From positions 83,539-147,538 of the forward strand of contig JBAXWY010000002.1 in assembly GCA_037128175.1 (NCBI GenBank): 64,000 bases of DNA, written 5' to 3'. Each line of letters begins with the position of its first letter. Position 1 is the first letter of the stretch. The translations under genes and the position numbers were made by a program. The notes under the pieces were generated by a model. It did not search any database and was not told the DNA's origin. It saw only the letters and a program-made list of their open reading frames with translations. This document shows, piece by piece, positions 51,373-61,883 of the stretch. Origin of the DNA: Methanothrix sp. GTDB taxonomy: Archaea > Halobacteriota > Methanosarcinia > Methanotrichales > Methanotrichaceae.

Positions 51373-51534
51373 TGGTCATTTTTTGTCATTCTCTGGTTAA
51401 TAGCCTTTGCCGTTCGATGCTGTGTCGAGAGTCCCTCCTGCAATTTGTGCGACAGATAGTAATAGCTAGAAGTCCTTGAAATACACTTCGTTGGTTGGCA
51501 AAACACTCAAAAACAGTCATATGCGGGCGGATTC

Positions 51535-51939
51535 ATGCGAAACGTATACTATGTTTTGATAGGCCTGATACTATTAATATCCGGCATGGCAATAGCACAA
51601 GAAGGCTCGACGGAATTTACATTTGCAGGAGCATGGGATGTCAATTACGATGGAACACCTCTATACATGTGGATTTATCCCGAAGGTTATGCCATAATAT
51701 TTGACAATGCTCAAAACATGAAAGGTTTGGCTGATGTGAACGACATGCAGTTGCAAATGGAAAATGAAAAGCAAGTTATGTTTGGTGACTGGGTTGCACG
51801 TGATGTCTGGCCGGGTGCCGAGGGTGGCAATGGAAAATTGTCCCTGCTACAGGGCAACGACTTCAATCATTTCACAGGAAGAATCCAATGGGAAATAGAC
51901 GGGCTGACATTACCGTTCGATGGTACGAGATCGACGTGA
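51535..51939 (+). CDS. secreted hypothetical protein
   Basis: signal peptide, FAGAW beta-barrel-like start; stop codon supplied by the IS right end. Confidence 0.65.
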   Translation: MRNVYYVLIGLILLISGMAIAQEGSTEFTFAGAWDVNYDGTPLYMWIYPEGYAIIFDNAQNMKGLADVNDMQLQMENEKQVMFGDWVARDVWPGAEGGNGKLSLLQGNDFNHFTGRIQWEIDGLTLPFDGTRST

Positions 51940-53198
51940 ACGCTCCCCGCCCTAAAGGACGGGGATTCTATCGCTTTTGCGAACAGACTGCATCCCCAGT
52001 CTGAGAATGTTGATTGCTGCATTGAGATCTCTGTCCATAGTCAAGCCACATTCCGAGCAGTTATGGATTCTTTCCGAGAGATCTTTTTTGACAATCATGC
52101 CGCACCGTGAGCACATCTGAGAAGTGTACTTGGGATCAACCAGGACAACCTTAGAGCCAGCGTATGCTGCTTTACTCGCGGTTGCTTTTACCAGCATTCC
52201 CCATGCAACGTCCGAGATGGATTTTGCTAGGTGATGATTCTTGAGCATATTCTGAATATCAAGATCTTCAAAGACTATTACGCCGAAACGGTTTACCAAT
52301 CGGCGACTAACCTGATTGGAGAAATCGGTTCTCTTGTCTCCGATTCTTTCATGAATTCTAGCCACCACTTTGGACGCTTTTCGTCTGAGAGAAGATCCTT
52401 TAGGAAGCTTATCGCGTTTGCTTTGTGCTTTGGCTAATGCCAACTCATCTTCTCGGAAGAATCTAGGATTATCAATCTTCTCGCCATTTGAGAGGGTGGC
52501 AAAGCTCGCCAAGCCTACATCGATTCCTACAACCGATCCATCTTTCCAAGGAGGCCGTGGGATATCTCCCATATCGACGGAGAAGCAAGCGAACCATTTA
52601 CCAGTTGGCATTCTGCGAATAGTACAGGTCTTAATCTTACCAACAATTGGCCGATGCAACTTGATCTTGATATCTCCAATCTTGGAAAGATGGAGCATTT
52701 CAGAATCCAACTCAAAACCAGATTGGGAGTACGTGATGCTATCGTATCTACTCTTTCCTTTGAACCTTGGAAACCCTGGTTCTTCTCCTGCCTTGACCCT
52801 TCGGAAGAACGCTTTGAACGCCAGTTCCACCCTAAGAGCTACATTCTGAAGAACCAGTGAATAGACATCCTTGAGTTCGGGTACCTCCAGCTTCAGTTGA
52901 GGTAATCTATCCTGAGTCTCAAATCGTTTAACCGTTCTTTGCTCAAGCTCCCACGCATTCTTTCGATATGCAAGCGTATCATTATAGACAAATCTGCAAA
53001 GCTCAAGTTGCCGTTCTAAGATAGTAACCTGAGATTTTGTAGGTTTGAGCCTGTAGCGATACGTTTTAAGCATTACTAGATTATTGATTTATGAGCTTAA
53101 ATAGTTATTGTTAGGCAGAAACAGGGGCAAAGGACTCCGCTTTCATCCCCACCCTGATGGATGGGGACTTCCCACTCCGTCCTTCGCAATCCTACAAG
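51936..53198 (-). mobile_element. IS200/IS605-family tnpB-only element (E3)
   Basis: right end CCCCGTCC-TTTA-GGGCGGGG...GTTCAC; left-end hairpin CCCCATCC-ATCA-GGGTGGGG; TTTAA target at 53199-53203. Confidence 0.87.
51952..53073 (-). CDS. tnpB: RNA-guided endonuclease TnpB
   Basis: YRYRLKP, GIDVG / FEDL / DRDLNAA RuvC, CSRCG...CSECG. Confidence 0.94.
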   Translation of the reverse strand: MLKTYRYRLKPTKSQVTILERQLELCRFVYNDTLAYRKNAWELEQRTVKRFETQDRLPQLKLEVPELKDVYSLVLQNVALRVELAFKAFFRRVKAGEEPGFPRFKGKSRYDSITYSQSGFELDSEMLHLSKIGDIKIKLHRPIVGKIKTCTIRRMPTGKWFACFSVDMGDIPRPPWKDGSVVGIDVGLASFATLSNGEKIDNPRFFREDELALAKAQSKRDKLPKGSSLRRKASKVVARIHERIGDKRTDFSNQVSRRLVNRFGVIVFEDLDIQNMLKNHHLAKSISDVAWGMLVKATASKAAYAGSKVVLVDPKYTSQMCSRCGMIVKKDLSERIHNCSECGLTMDRDLNAAINILRLGMQSVRKSDRIPVL

Positions 53199-53475
53199 TT
53201 AAATTTTTTTCAGGGATTGTCCTCCGAAGGGTGGCAGGGGTAGACCATGTGGGTTTTGTGTATGGTAATTAGTTCTACGACATTTTTCTAAGATATTTAT
53301 ATAATAGTAATCTCTCCAGGATTGTGCATTTATATTTTGGGCAGTATTGTTGTATCTAGTTACTTATATATTACTACAACACATATGTCGAATCACCAAT
53401 CACCACAGTTCTAATCAAAAAGACTTAAATTAAAGGAGTTCCTTTTATAACTAGAAACTACAAGGAGATTTCAAA

Positions 53476-53865
53476 ATGAAAAATGAAAATGCAGAGAAGG
53501 CAACGCCTAATTTTGGGAAAAAAACGGCTACGTCCAGGGCAGATACAGAGAAGGTGGGCGATGCTGATGCAACATTCATAGAGTCAAAAGTTGGAATGAC
53601 GATCGCAGTAGGTTTGCAGGATCGTGAGGAGCATTTCACCATTCTCGACCTCAAGATGCACCATCAAGAATGTGAAGGCGGCTATATCGAGATCCGCGAG
53701 AAAGATGGATATCATTTTAGATGCAAGAGATGTGAGGTATCCAGGGTTATTGCGGGAAGTGATGCGGATAAAGAAGGCATGATTGATGCCGCACTAAAAG
53801 GCACAAAATACAAGACACTGTCTACTCACCTCGATATAGTGATATTTATTCCACTAGATAATTGA
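53476..53865 (+). CDS. hypothetical protein, possible Zn ribbon
   Basis: AGGAG RBS; H..C...CKRC ligands. Confidence 0.55.
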   Translation: MKNENAEKATPNFGKKTATSRADTEKVGDADATFIESKVGMTIAVGLQDREEHFTILDLKMHHQECEGGYIEIREKDGYHFRCKRCEVSRVIAGSDADKEGMIDAALKGTKYKTLSTHLDIVIFIPLDN

Positions 53866-54035
53866 ATTCTATTGAACAACGCTCGCGTGCGCCTCCGCTG
53901 CCCCAGCGCGAAGACCCGGCTGCGCGCGCATGTGCCCGAAAAGTTAGGAATAACTGGTAATTATGCACCATTTTTTCGACTGGTGCCTTGGATACCGGCC
54001 AAGCTTTTAAACGATGCACGTCATCTTCAGTTGAA

Positions 54036-54698
54036 ATGGACCGGCAAAGAGTTGCGACTTGCATTTCCCTTCTGGAGGAGCAATACGGCATTCCCCATCC
54101 GGATAAAACTGACCCAGTGGATCTGCTGGTCATGACCATCCTCTCTCAGAACACCAGCGATACTAACAGCCTGAGGGCCTTTGCCCGCTTGAAGAGCGCT
54201 TTTTGCGACTACGAGGAGATCCTCGCCGCCTCGGATGAAGCTGTGGCTGACGCTATTCGCGCGGGGGGCCTGGCAGAGATAAAGGCCCGGCGCATAAAGG
54301 AGGCCCTTTTTAAGATCAAGCAGGATGCGGGGGCGATCTCACTCGCCTTTCTGGCCGATATGGGAAAGGATAAGGCCATGGCATATCTGCTATCCCTGCC
54401 CGGCGTGGGGCCCAAGACGGCTTCCGTGGTGCTCCTCTTTGCCTTTGGCATGCCTTTCCTGCCTGTGGACACGCACGTCTACCGCATTTCGCGCCGGCTG
54501 GGGCTGCTAGCCCAGGATGTCAGGCCGGAAAAGGCGCAGCCGCTTTTAGAGCGAATCGTTCCTGTGGCGAAGTATCTCTCCCTGCATCTGAACCTGATAA
54601 CGCACGGCAGGCTCATTTGCCGGGCGCGGGGGCCCAGGCACGAAGAATGCGCCCTAAGAAATTGTTGCAGCTATTACTTGCTGGGCCAAAAGCCTTAA
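54036..54698 (+). CDS. nth: endonuclease III family DNA glycosylase
   Basis: ILSQNT, LPGVGPKTA HhH, PVDTH, C-terminal 4Fe-4S-type cysteines; start uncertain. Confidence 0.85.
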   Translation: MDRQRVATCISLLEEQYGIPHPDKTDPVDLLVMTILSQNTSDTNSLRAFARLKSAFCDYEEILAASDEAVADAIRAGGLAEIKARRIKEALFKIKQDAGAISLAFLADMGKDKAMAYLLSLPGVGPKTASVVLLFAFGMPFLPVDTHVYRISRRLGLLAQDVRPEKAQPLLERIVPVAKYLSLHLNLITHGRLICRARGPRHEECALRNCCSYYLLGQKP

Positions 54699-54726
54699 AT
54701 GATAGTAAAAACCACCCCAAGTCCGC

Positions 54727-54801
54727 GCTCCTGTAGTGTAGCTCGGCCAATCATGAAGGACTCTCACTCCTTCGACTCGGGTTCAAATCCCGACGGGAGC
54801 A
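54727..54801 (+). tRNA. tRNA-Glu(CTC)
   Basis: GCTCCTG/CGGGAGC acceptor stem, AAGGA-CTCTCAC-TCCTT anticodon arm, GTTCAAATC. Confidence 0.93.
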
Positions 54802-54966
54802 TTGTTTATCCTGGTCGAAATTTCTTTTTGCATTTTAGAACTCGTAATTCTGCCTGGGGAATTCTTGGCCTAAGTGGGGAAAATGTAGGCACCTAATTTT
54901 TGAAATAGTATGAGGTGCATTTATGATTAGTGATGAGCAAGAGTATTAAGATCTGAGGATGAAATT

Positions 54967-55617
54967 ATGAAAAGAAATCGACTATATCCGATAATATTAA
55001 TATCCGTTTTATTGCTATGTTGCTCTGCCGTTCAAGGAACAGCCGGAAACAGCCTGCGGATAGAGGGACCGGATGGCTGGACAAAGCATCTGGAAGTTGC
55101 CCAGGGATCAACCGCTTTTCTGGTGGTGTTAGCTACAAAAGAAGGCGACGGCACACTTTTTGATCAATATCCAGATGGAAGCACTCATAACATCAAATAT
55201 TACTTCCAGGGTTACAATCGTTTGCCTTTCTGTGCAAACATACCAGGAAGACACGTATTGTCCTATGTCATTAATGGCTTGGAGAGCAACTCGGTTGTAA
55301 TAGATGTGAAAGGCACTCCTGCCCCTTCAACTTCGGTTGGGCCTCAGACCTATGTCATGCCCCGAATGAACATTCGCGCAACATCCACCTACTTTGTGCC
55401 TCGCATTGCACCTATTTCACTCTCTCGTGGGATCCCGAATTATCCGGTGGTGCTTGGGTATAATCCCGTAGGTGCTCATATTATGAATTACCAGAATGGA
55501 ATCGTCATTCCCAAATCTGCATCACAATATCATTTTGGTAAGGATTTCTCGTTAGGGACGATAGATAACAACTATCCGGGCACACCATTCCTGCTCCAGT
55601 ATCTTTCCGATCCGTAA
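54967..55617 (+). CDS. secreted hypothetical protein
   Basis: signal peptide; PGRHVLSYVING.ESN.V.IDV beta-rich domain. Confidence 0.7.
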   Translation: MKRNRLYPIILISVLLLCCSAVQGTAGNSLRIEGPDGWTKHLEVAQGSTAFLVVLATKEGDGTLFDQYPDGSTHNIKYYFQGYNRLPFCANIPGRHVLSYVINGLESNSVVIDVKGTPAPSTSVGPQTYVMPRMNIRATSTYFVPRIAPISLSRGIPNYPVVLGYNPVGAHIMNYQNGIVIPKSASQYHFGKDFSLGTIDNNYPGTPFLLQYLSDP

Positions 55618-55678
55618 TTAGTTTGAGAGCAGGCGCGGTTTTAGCCCGCTCCTTTTTATCATTCTCATAGACGGTTGA

Positions 55679-56455
55679 TCATCTTCCTACTTCTTTGCAG
55701 TTTCCCCGCAAGAGGCAGACGATTCCTGCTGCCAGAAGCACGGCGATGATGCCCGTCAGGAATATGCCGTCGAAGACTCCGGCTCCGCCGATGGAGAGAA
55801 CCAGGGGGCGGGCCTGGTGCAGCTCCAGCGGCGAGAGGGCGGGCAGTATTCCGGGGGTAAGCAGGCTGAAGAGGTCGGCTCCAATCAGCGTTCCCAGGGT
55901 GCCACTGATGTAGGCCAGGGGCGGAGCGCGGCGAAAGCCGCCCGCCAGGAGCAGGCCCATGGCTGCTGCCAGAAGGGGCGATAACCAGACAGGCAGGACA
56001 ATGCCCTCGCCGGGAATGGCCTGTGCGACCCAGTAGGTGATGGCAGCTACCACGGCCATGCCCAGCAACGCCTTTTTCAGGCTAACCTGGCCGCGCAGGA
56101 GAAGGTGGGCGGAGATTAGCAGGGGAATGATGCAACCCCCCAGGTTGACGGCCAGATAGAGGGGGTGAAAGGTGGTGGATGCTTCAGTGGAACCAAGGCT
56201 TTGCAGAGAAACATACCAGTCCGGATAAGATGAAATGGGGGAGCTTATGAGCGGAAAGTCCACCAGGCTTCCCAGGATGGAGCCGAAGACGGCCAGGGTG
56301 GCATGCCAGTGAGAAAAGCCTACCATCTCAAAAGCGGTTTCAGAGAGCCGGAGAAAGAGGTAGATGATGATGAGGGGCGTGACTAAGATCAGCAGCATGA
56401 TGACGATTGTCAAAGGCAGGAAGAGAAGTTCGAACACCGGCTTATGCACCCGCAA
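55679..56455 (-). CDS. DUF1614 membrane protein
   Basis: AVNLGGCIIP, GTLIGAD, SIGGAGVFDGIFL. Confidence 0.85.
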   Translation of the reverse strand: MRVHKPVFELLFLPLTIVIMLLILVTPLIIIYLFLRLSETAFEMVGFSHWHATLAVFGSILGSLVDFPLISSPISSYPDWYVSLQSLGSTEASTTFHPLYLAVNLGGCIIPLLISAHLLLRGQVSLKKALLGMAVVAAITYWVAQAIPGEGIVLPVWLSPLLAAAMGLLLAGGFRRAPPLAYISGTLGTLIGADLFSLLTPGILPALSPLELHQARPLVLSIGGAGVFDGIFLTGIIAVLLAAGIVCLLRGNCKEVGR

Positions 56456-56502
56456 ATAAGTTATCTGTGATAGTTAATAGAGCTTTTGAAAGGTGTTTTA
56501 AG

Positions 56503-56994
56503 ATGACTATCATTACCGGCAGCCAGGCACAAAACCTCGTGGAATCCATGATCGACCCCGAAACGCAGACGCAGATGTGCGGCATGGAAATGACGCTGCA
56601 AAAGATCGAGCGCTTCACATCCGCCGGGGCGGTTGCCTTTGATAACATTGAGAGAGAGCTGCCCCGGACAGAGCCTATGGATTTCGACCCGTCTGGCTGG
56701 ATTGATCTGGCCGCGGGCGCTTACTTGGTAACCTTCAACGAGATCGTGAATGTTCCCCGTGATGCAGCCGCCCTGGCCCGTGCCAGATCCACACTCCTAC
56801 GCTGCGGGGCGAGCCTGGAGACGGCCCTCTGGGACCCGGGCTACCGGGGCCGAAGCCAGAGTTTGCTGGTGGTCTACAATCCCAACGGTCTGCGGCTGAA
56901 GAAGAACGCAAGGCTCATGCAACTGGTATTCCTGCGGCTGGAAAAAGAGGCGGAGAAGGTGTATTCCGGAAAGTACCAGGGCGAGAACATCTGA
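56503..56994 (+). CDS. dUTPase/dCTP deaminase family protein
   Basis: RSTLLRCG, WDPGYRG, YSGKYQGE. Confidence 0.85.
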   Translation: MTIITGSQAQNLVESMIDPETQTQMCGMEMTLQKIERFTSAGAVAFDNIERELPRTEPMDFDPSGWIDLAAGAYLVTFNEIVNVPRDAAALARARSTLLRCGASLETALWDPGYRGRSQSLLVVYNPNGLRLKKNARLMQLVFLRLEKEAEKVYSGKYQGENI

Positions 56995-57039
56995 TCGATG
57001 CTCAAAAAACGAGTGGAAAAAATAGCGAACGGCTCTGGC

Positions 57040-57582
57040 CTAGCTAATGGTCAGAGTCTTAATGGTTTGGGTGGTATTATTCTGATCGAATAGCGATACC
57101 ATTACCGCAAAGTTAGGTCCATCCAGATTCCAGACAGCCATATCGTAACTGCCGCCTAGCTGATCAATGCGTTCGTCATTGGTGCTCAGGGTATGCACGG
57201 TCACATTTCTGCCTTGGCTATCGACAGCCGTCCAGTTTCCAGTCTCCACAGCGCCTTTGGCTTCCACCCCGGAGATGCCTCCGATCAGGAAAAGCTCGGA
57301 AAGCGCGCCCGTGCTCATTTTACTCATGGCCTCATCATAAACACTCATAACGGATACGAATGCCGCACCGGATGCGTTGGTGTTATTGATGATGAAATCC
57401 TGGCTGACCATTCCGTTTTCACTGGCGTTGAATTCGCCTCTAACCATCTCGAAGCCTGGACCCAGATCCAGAGAAATGGTCTTTTCTGTGACGGTGAAGA
57501 ACTTCGATTCCAGGGCGGTGCAGGGCAAGGCCAGACAAGCCAGGAGAAGCATGGCCGGTACGAGAGCTGCGAAAGGCTTCAT
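57040..57582 (-). CDS. secreted hypothetical protein
   Basis: signal peptide; overlaps the stop of the ACT gene. Confidence 0.7.
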   Translation of the reverse strand: MKPFAALVPAMLLLACLALPCTALESKFFTVTEKTISLDLGPGFEMVRGEFNASENGMVSQDFIINNTNASGAAFVSVMSVYDEAMSKMSTGALSELFLIGGISGVEAKGAVETGNWTAVDSQGRNVTVHTLSTNDERIDQLGGSYDMAVWNLDGPNFAVMVSLFDQNNTTQTIKTLTIS

Positions 57583-58013
57583 ATGGCCTGGATCTCTTCC
57601 TTGGTGGCGATCTTGACGTTCTTCTCGCCCAGCACCGTTCTCGCCTTGGCGATGTCGTCCACCCGCAGGATGAGCATGGCGCGCTCTGCCTTGGCTGTGA
57701 CGAAGGCGTAGGCGTAATCCACATTCACGCTGTTCAGTCCCAGGGTGTTCACGATCTCGTAAAGCCCGCCGGGAGTGTCCTTCATCTCCACGGCCAGGAC
57801 ATCGGTCATGGAGACCGTGAAGGCATTTTCTTTCAGAACTTTGTACCCTTTCTCCGGGTCATCCAGGACCATGCGAATGACCCCGAAGTCGCCCGCCTCG
57901 GCGATGGTCAGAGCCCGAATGTTCACACCTGCATCAGATAGCGTCTTGGCAACCTTGGCCGTTCTGCCCGGCCGGTTCTCCACAAAAAGGGAAATTTGTT
58001 TGATCTCCGTCAT
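57579..58013 (-). CDS. tandem ACT domain protein
   Basis: QISLFVENRPG...NIRAL, DTPGGL. Confidence 0.88.
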   Translation of the reverse strand: MTEIKQISLFVENRPGRTAKVAKTLSDAGVNIRALTIAEAGDFGVIRMVLDDPEKGYKVLKENAFTVSMTDVLAVEMKDTPGGLYEIVNTLGLNSVNVDYAYAFVTAKAERAMLILRVDDIAKARTVLGEKNVKIATKEEIQAI

Positions 58014-58025
58014 CTTGAAAGCCTC

Positions 58026-59330
58026 CTACACCTTTCGGTTATCTGTTACTCTCTTGGCCTTGCCCATGGAACGAGGGATGGTGCCGGGCTCAACCAGATC
58101 CACTTCGGCTGCTATGTTCAGCACGCCTTTTAATTCTTTTGAGATTTTCTTTTTGAGCTTCATCAGATCCCCGATCTTATCGGAGAAGCCCGCCGACGTC
58201 AGCTCGACGCGCACCGTCATCATATCCAGCGGCCCTTTGCGGTCCACCAGGATCTCCCAGTGGTCGCCAACCTCCGGGATGTCCATCAAGACCGACTCCA
58301 CCTGGCTCGGGAAGACGTTGATGCCGCGAATGATGAGCATGTCGTCCGTTCGGCCTAAAATCCTCATGATCCGGGGGTGGGTGCGCCCGCATTCGCAGGG
58401 CTCACTGTCCATGATTGTGAGATCGCCGATCCGGTAGCGGATGAGGGGCAAAGCGAACTTGTGCAGCGTGGTGAAGACCAATTCGCCCGTCTCGCCGTCC
58501 GCCACGGGCTCGTCGGTCTTGGGGTCGAGTACCTCGATCAAGAACATGTCTGCCCAGACGTGAATGCCTTTCTTGACATGGCACTCCGTGAACAGTGGGC
58601 CGGAAATCTCGCTGGTGCCGTAGATGTCGTAGGCATTGATGCCCGTGGCGTCCTCGATTCGTTTCCTGGTTTCCAGGGACCAGGGCTCGGCCCCGAAGAT
58701 GCCTGCCTTCAGCTTCGTATCCTTCTTGATGGAGATGCCCATCTTCTCCGCCACCTCCATGATGTGCAGGAAGTAGGAGGGCGTGCAGGCGATGGCAGTG
58801 GTGCCCAGGTCCTGCATCAGCTCGATCTGCCGCTCCGTATTGCCTGTGCCCACGGGCAGCACGGCTGCACCGATGCGCTCTGCGCCGTAGTGCAGGCCCA
58901 GGCCCCCCGTGAAAAGGCCATAGCCGTAGCCCACCTGCACCACATCGTCACTGTCAAGGCCAATGGAGGTCAGGGCTCGAGCCAGCGACTCGGACCAGGT
59001 CTCGATATCGCCCTTAGTGTAGCCGACCACGGTGGGCTTTCCGGTGGTGCCGCTAGAGACGTGGTAGCGCACCACCTGGCTCTTGGGGGCGCTGAACATG
59101 CCTGTGGGGTAGTTGTCCCGCAGGTCTACCTTCCGGGTAAAGGGCAGCTTGGAGACGTCGCCTAATGTGCGGATGTCGCCGGGCTCCACGCCTGCCTCTT
59201 TGAACCTCTGCCGGTAGAAAGCGGAATGATCGTAAACATATCGTACTACGGATTTGAGCCGATCCTCTTGAAGGGCATGCAGGTCCTCAAGAGGCATGCG
59301 CTCAATATGCGGATCCCAGTAACCGGACAT
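58026..59330 (-). CDS. paaK: phenylacetate-CoA ligase family
   Basis: SSGTTGKP, YGLFTGG, YGTSE, RYRIGD, GRTDDMLIIRGINVFPSQ. Confidence 0.9.
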   Translation of the reverse strand: MSGYWDPHIERMPLEDLHALQEDRLKSVVRYVYDHSAFYRQRFKEAGVEPGDIRTLGDVSKLPFTRKVDLRDNYPTGMFSAPKSQVVRYHVSSGTTGKPTVVGYTKGDIETWSESLARALTSIGLDSDDVVQVGYGYGLFTGGLGLHYGAERIGAAVLPVGTGNTERQIELMQDLGTTAIACTPSYFLHIMEVAEKMGISIKKDTKLKAGIFGAEPWSLETRKRIEDATGINAYDIYGTSEISGPLFTECHVKKGIHVWADMFLIEVLDPKTDEPVADGETGELVFTTLHKFALPLIRYRIGDLTIMDSEPCECGRTHPRIMRILGRTDDMLIIRGINVFPSQVESVLMDIPEVGDHWEILVDRKGPLDMMTVRVELTSAGFSDKIGDLMKLKKKISKELKGVLNIAAEVDLVEPGTIPRSMGKAKRVTDNRKV

Positions 59331-59388
59331 TGATGATCAACCACTTGCCATGAATACCCGGATGGATAAAAAGCAATCGATTATCGCC

Positions 59389-59646
59389 TCACATTTTTTC
59401 AGATTCCGAAAGTACAGTTGTCAGCTTTTCCAATTTATGGAGCATGGTCTCTCCGGCAAGAGTGGTTTTATAGACACCTTTTTTTTCTTCCAGAACCAGC
59501 TCGTGAAATTTCAGCCATTCTATGAACTCGCTGGCCTTCTGGAAATTGAGGTTAGATTTGTAGGTTATCTGCGTCTTCTTCATGTCCGGTCCAAGGCATA
59601 AGGTGAGTATATCCTTCATAATATCCAGTTTATCCCTTCTTTGCAT
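59389..59646 (-). CDS. archaeal winged-helix protein
   Basis: RRDKLDIMKDIL...KTQITYKSNLNF...YKTT.G. Confidence 0.8.
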   Translation of the reverse strand: MQRRDKLDIMKDILTLCLGPDMKKTQITYKSNLNFQKASEFIEWLKFHELVLEEKKGVYKTTLAGETMLHKLEKLTTVLSESEKM

Positions 59647-59653
59647 TTCCCAT

Positions 59654-61858
59654 CTACCCCTCATCAGGCCCGATCGTGCGCCACATTCCACAGGGCACCG
59701 TGATCTCAAAGCGTGCTCCTTCGCCGTATGTACCGGTCTCTTTTATCTCAATGCCGGTGATGGAGAGAGACTCCTTGCACAGGAAAAGCCCAAAACCGGT
59801 GTTCCTTCCAAACCCCTGCAAAAATATCTTCTTCTTTTCGTCCTCGGGTATGCCTATGCCGTCGTCCTCCCAGATAATAGTTATGTCGTCCCCAAGAGTG
59901 CGATAGTAGGTATGCACCAGGGTCGAATGTTCACCATGTCGAACGGTGTTGTCCATCAGGTTGGAGAAGACCTTCTCAAGCATGGGATCGGCGTACACGA
60001 AGAGCCCGCGACACTCGTCCCGGACGGGCAGTTTTCCCGAAGAGGCCCTTGCAATAGCGCCGGATACGGCTTGCCATGTAGGCTTCACTGCTTTAGGCTT
60101 TTCGTATTGCCGGGTAAATTCGACATGCCGCTGGATTTCTTTGGTGGCGCTCTCCAGCTTTTCCAGATAATCGATGCTGGATGTATCAATGCTATGATCC
60201 TTTGCCAGTTCAAGGTATAACTGAAGTACGGTTATCTGATTGAGGATGTCGTGACGAGTGATGCTGGAGAGAAGCAGGAGTTTTCTGTTCGCAAGCTGCA
60301 ATGCATCCGCCGTGCGCTTGAGCTCGGTGATGTCTTGGCCCTGAGCAATGACGGCCTGCAGTCCGCCTGATTCGGAATATATATTAGCAGAGTTCCATAA
60401 AACAATGCGTTCCTCTCCGTTCCGTTTAAGTACGGGGATCTCCACCGACACCCATTGCTCTCCCTGAAGGGAACTTTCGATCTTCCGGAGCGAGTCCGCA
60501 CGGCTTAACTCTGGAAAGAGCATGCTCAGATCCTCACCAAGAACCTCTTCTGCATTGTAACCAGTTAGACGCTCAAAGGCCGTATTGAAGCGAACAATTT
60601 TCCGAAGAGGGTCCCAGACTATGATGGGCGCATTGGCATAGCTAATGAGCTTGTCCAGGTATTCCTTGGTCTCCCTGAGAGCCTCTTCTGCGCGCTTATT
60701 CTCGGTAATATCCTGCACCCCGGCAAGGGATCCCCGGTAATTACCAACAATATCGAGGAGAGGTGACGTTTCCAGGCGGGCATAGATGCGCGTGCCGTTC
60801 CTGTGCATAAATTCGAAATCGTGCTGTTCTCCAATGCCTTGTTGGCGGAGTGCAAGCTTTTGCGTGGCGATCTGGACGCCCTGCTTGTCCATGAATGAAA
60901 AGAGATGCTTGCCCAGCATTTCCTCTGCCCTATAGCCCAGCATCTCGGCCATGCGCGGATTGACAAAGGTAGTCACCGCTTTCTCGTCAATCATCCAGAT
61001 GCCTTCGTTCAGGTTTTCGACCAATAGGCGGTACTTGGCTTCGCTCTCGCGAAGAGCCTCTTCCGCCTGCTTGCGCTCGTTGATATCGCTTGTAGTGCCA
61101 AAAGCTTTAACTTGCCCATCCGGCAGGCAATAGGCCGAACCACGGGAACGGACCCAAAGCATGGTTTTGTCGGCCTTTTGCAGACGATATTCGGCGCTTT
61201 TATCCTTCTCAAGTTTTTGTATCCCTTCGGCGAGCGTCTTCTGCAAGGCCGGCAAATCATCGGGATGGACGTAGGAAAAGTATTTGTCGAAGCTGTCTCC
61301 GATGGTGCCGTCCGGCAGACCCAGCATCCTGTCCGCCACAGGCGAGATGTAGGAGCCGACATGCTCTCCGCGTCCATCGACATCATAGCGCCAGACGATA
61401 TCGGATATCATCGAGACTACCTGTTTGTACAAGGTCTTGCTGGCTTGCTCAGCTTGGTTGGATTTAAGCAGAGATAACTCGTTTTTCTTGCGCTCGATAG
61501 AATATCTGATGCACCGGCCCAGCAATGCGCCATTAACCTCATCTTTGACCAGGTAGTCCTGTGCTCCTTCTCGGACGGCTCGATAGGCCATTTCTTTATC
61601 ATTTAGTCCGGTTAGTACTATTATCGGCTTTTCTGAGAATTTTTCATTGATTTTTGTGAATGTCTCCAGGCCCCGGCTGTCCGGTAGGTTCAGATCCACA
61701 AGAATTGCATCTACATCAGTCTCTTCCAGAAATGCAATCCCTGCTGAAAGACTCTCCCTCCAATCCGGATGGAAATTATCATGAGTATCCAGGAAGCTTT
61801 CTTTAATCAGCCTCGCATCTGCCGGATTATCCTCAATCAATAGTATCTTTATCTCCAC
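59654..61858 (-). CDS. REC-PAS hybrid histidine kinase
   Basis: ILLIEDN/DLNLPD receiver, three PAS/PAC domains, RHDILN H-box, DDGIG and GFGL boxes. Confidence 0.9.
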   Translation of the reverse strand: MEIKILLIEDNPADARLIKESFLDTHDNFHPDWRESLSAGIAFLEETDVDAILVDLNLPDSRGLETFTKINEKFSEKPIIVLTGLNDKEMAYRAVREGAQDYLVKDEVNGALLGRCIRYSIERKKNELSLLKSNQAEQASKTLYKQVVSMISDIVWRYDVDGRGEHVGSYISPVADRMLGLPDGTIGDSFDKYFSYVHPDDLPALQKTLAEGIQKLEKDKSAEYRLQKADKTMLWVRSRGSAYCLPDGQVKAFGTTSDINERKQAEEALRESEAKYRLLVENLNEGIWMIDEKAVTTFVNPRMAEMLGYRAEEMLGKHLFSFMDKQGVQIATQKLALRQQGIGEQHDFEFMHRNGTRIYARLETSPLLDIVGNYRGSLAGVQDITENKRAEEALRETKEYLDKLISYANAPIIVWDPLRKIVRFNTAFERLTGYNAEEVLGEDLSMLFPELSRADSLRKIESSLQGEQWVSVEIPVLKRNGEERIVLWNSANIYSESGGLQAVIAQGQDITELKRTADALQLANRKLLLLSSITRHDILNQITVLQLYLELAKDHSIDTSSIDYLEKLESATKEIQRHVEFTRQYEKPKAVKPTWQAVSGAIARASSGKLPVRDECRGLFVYADPMLEKVFSNLMDNTVRHGEHSTLVHTYYRTLGDDITIIWEDDGIGIPEDEKKKIFLQGFGRNTGFGLFLCKESLSITGIEIKETGTYGEGARFEITVPCGMWRTIGPDEG

Positions 61859-61883
61859 CAGTAACTCCCCTTTCGCTTAGATA

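Noticed and set aside
14470-53073. TnpB proteins as Cas12f or nuclease-dead TldR regulators
   Set aside because: All three keep the D-E-D RuvC residues and IS-type ends, and no CRISPR array is adjacent
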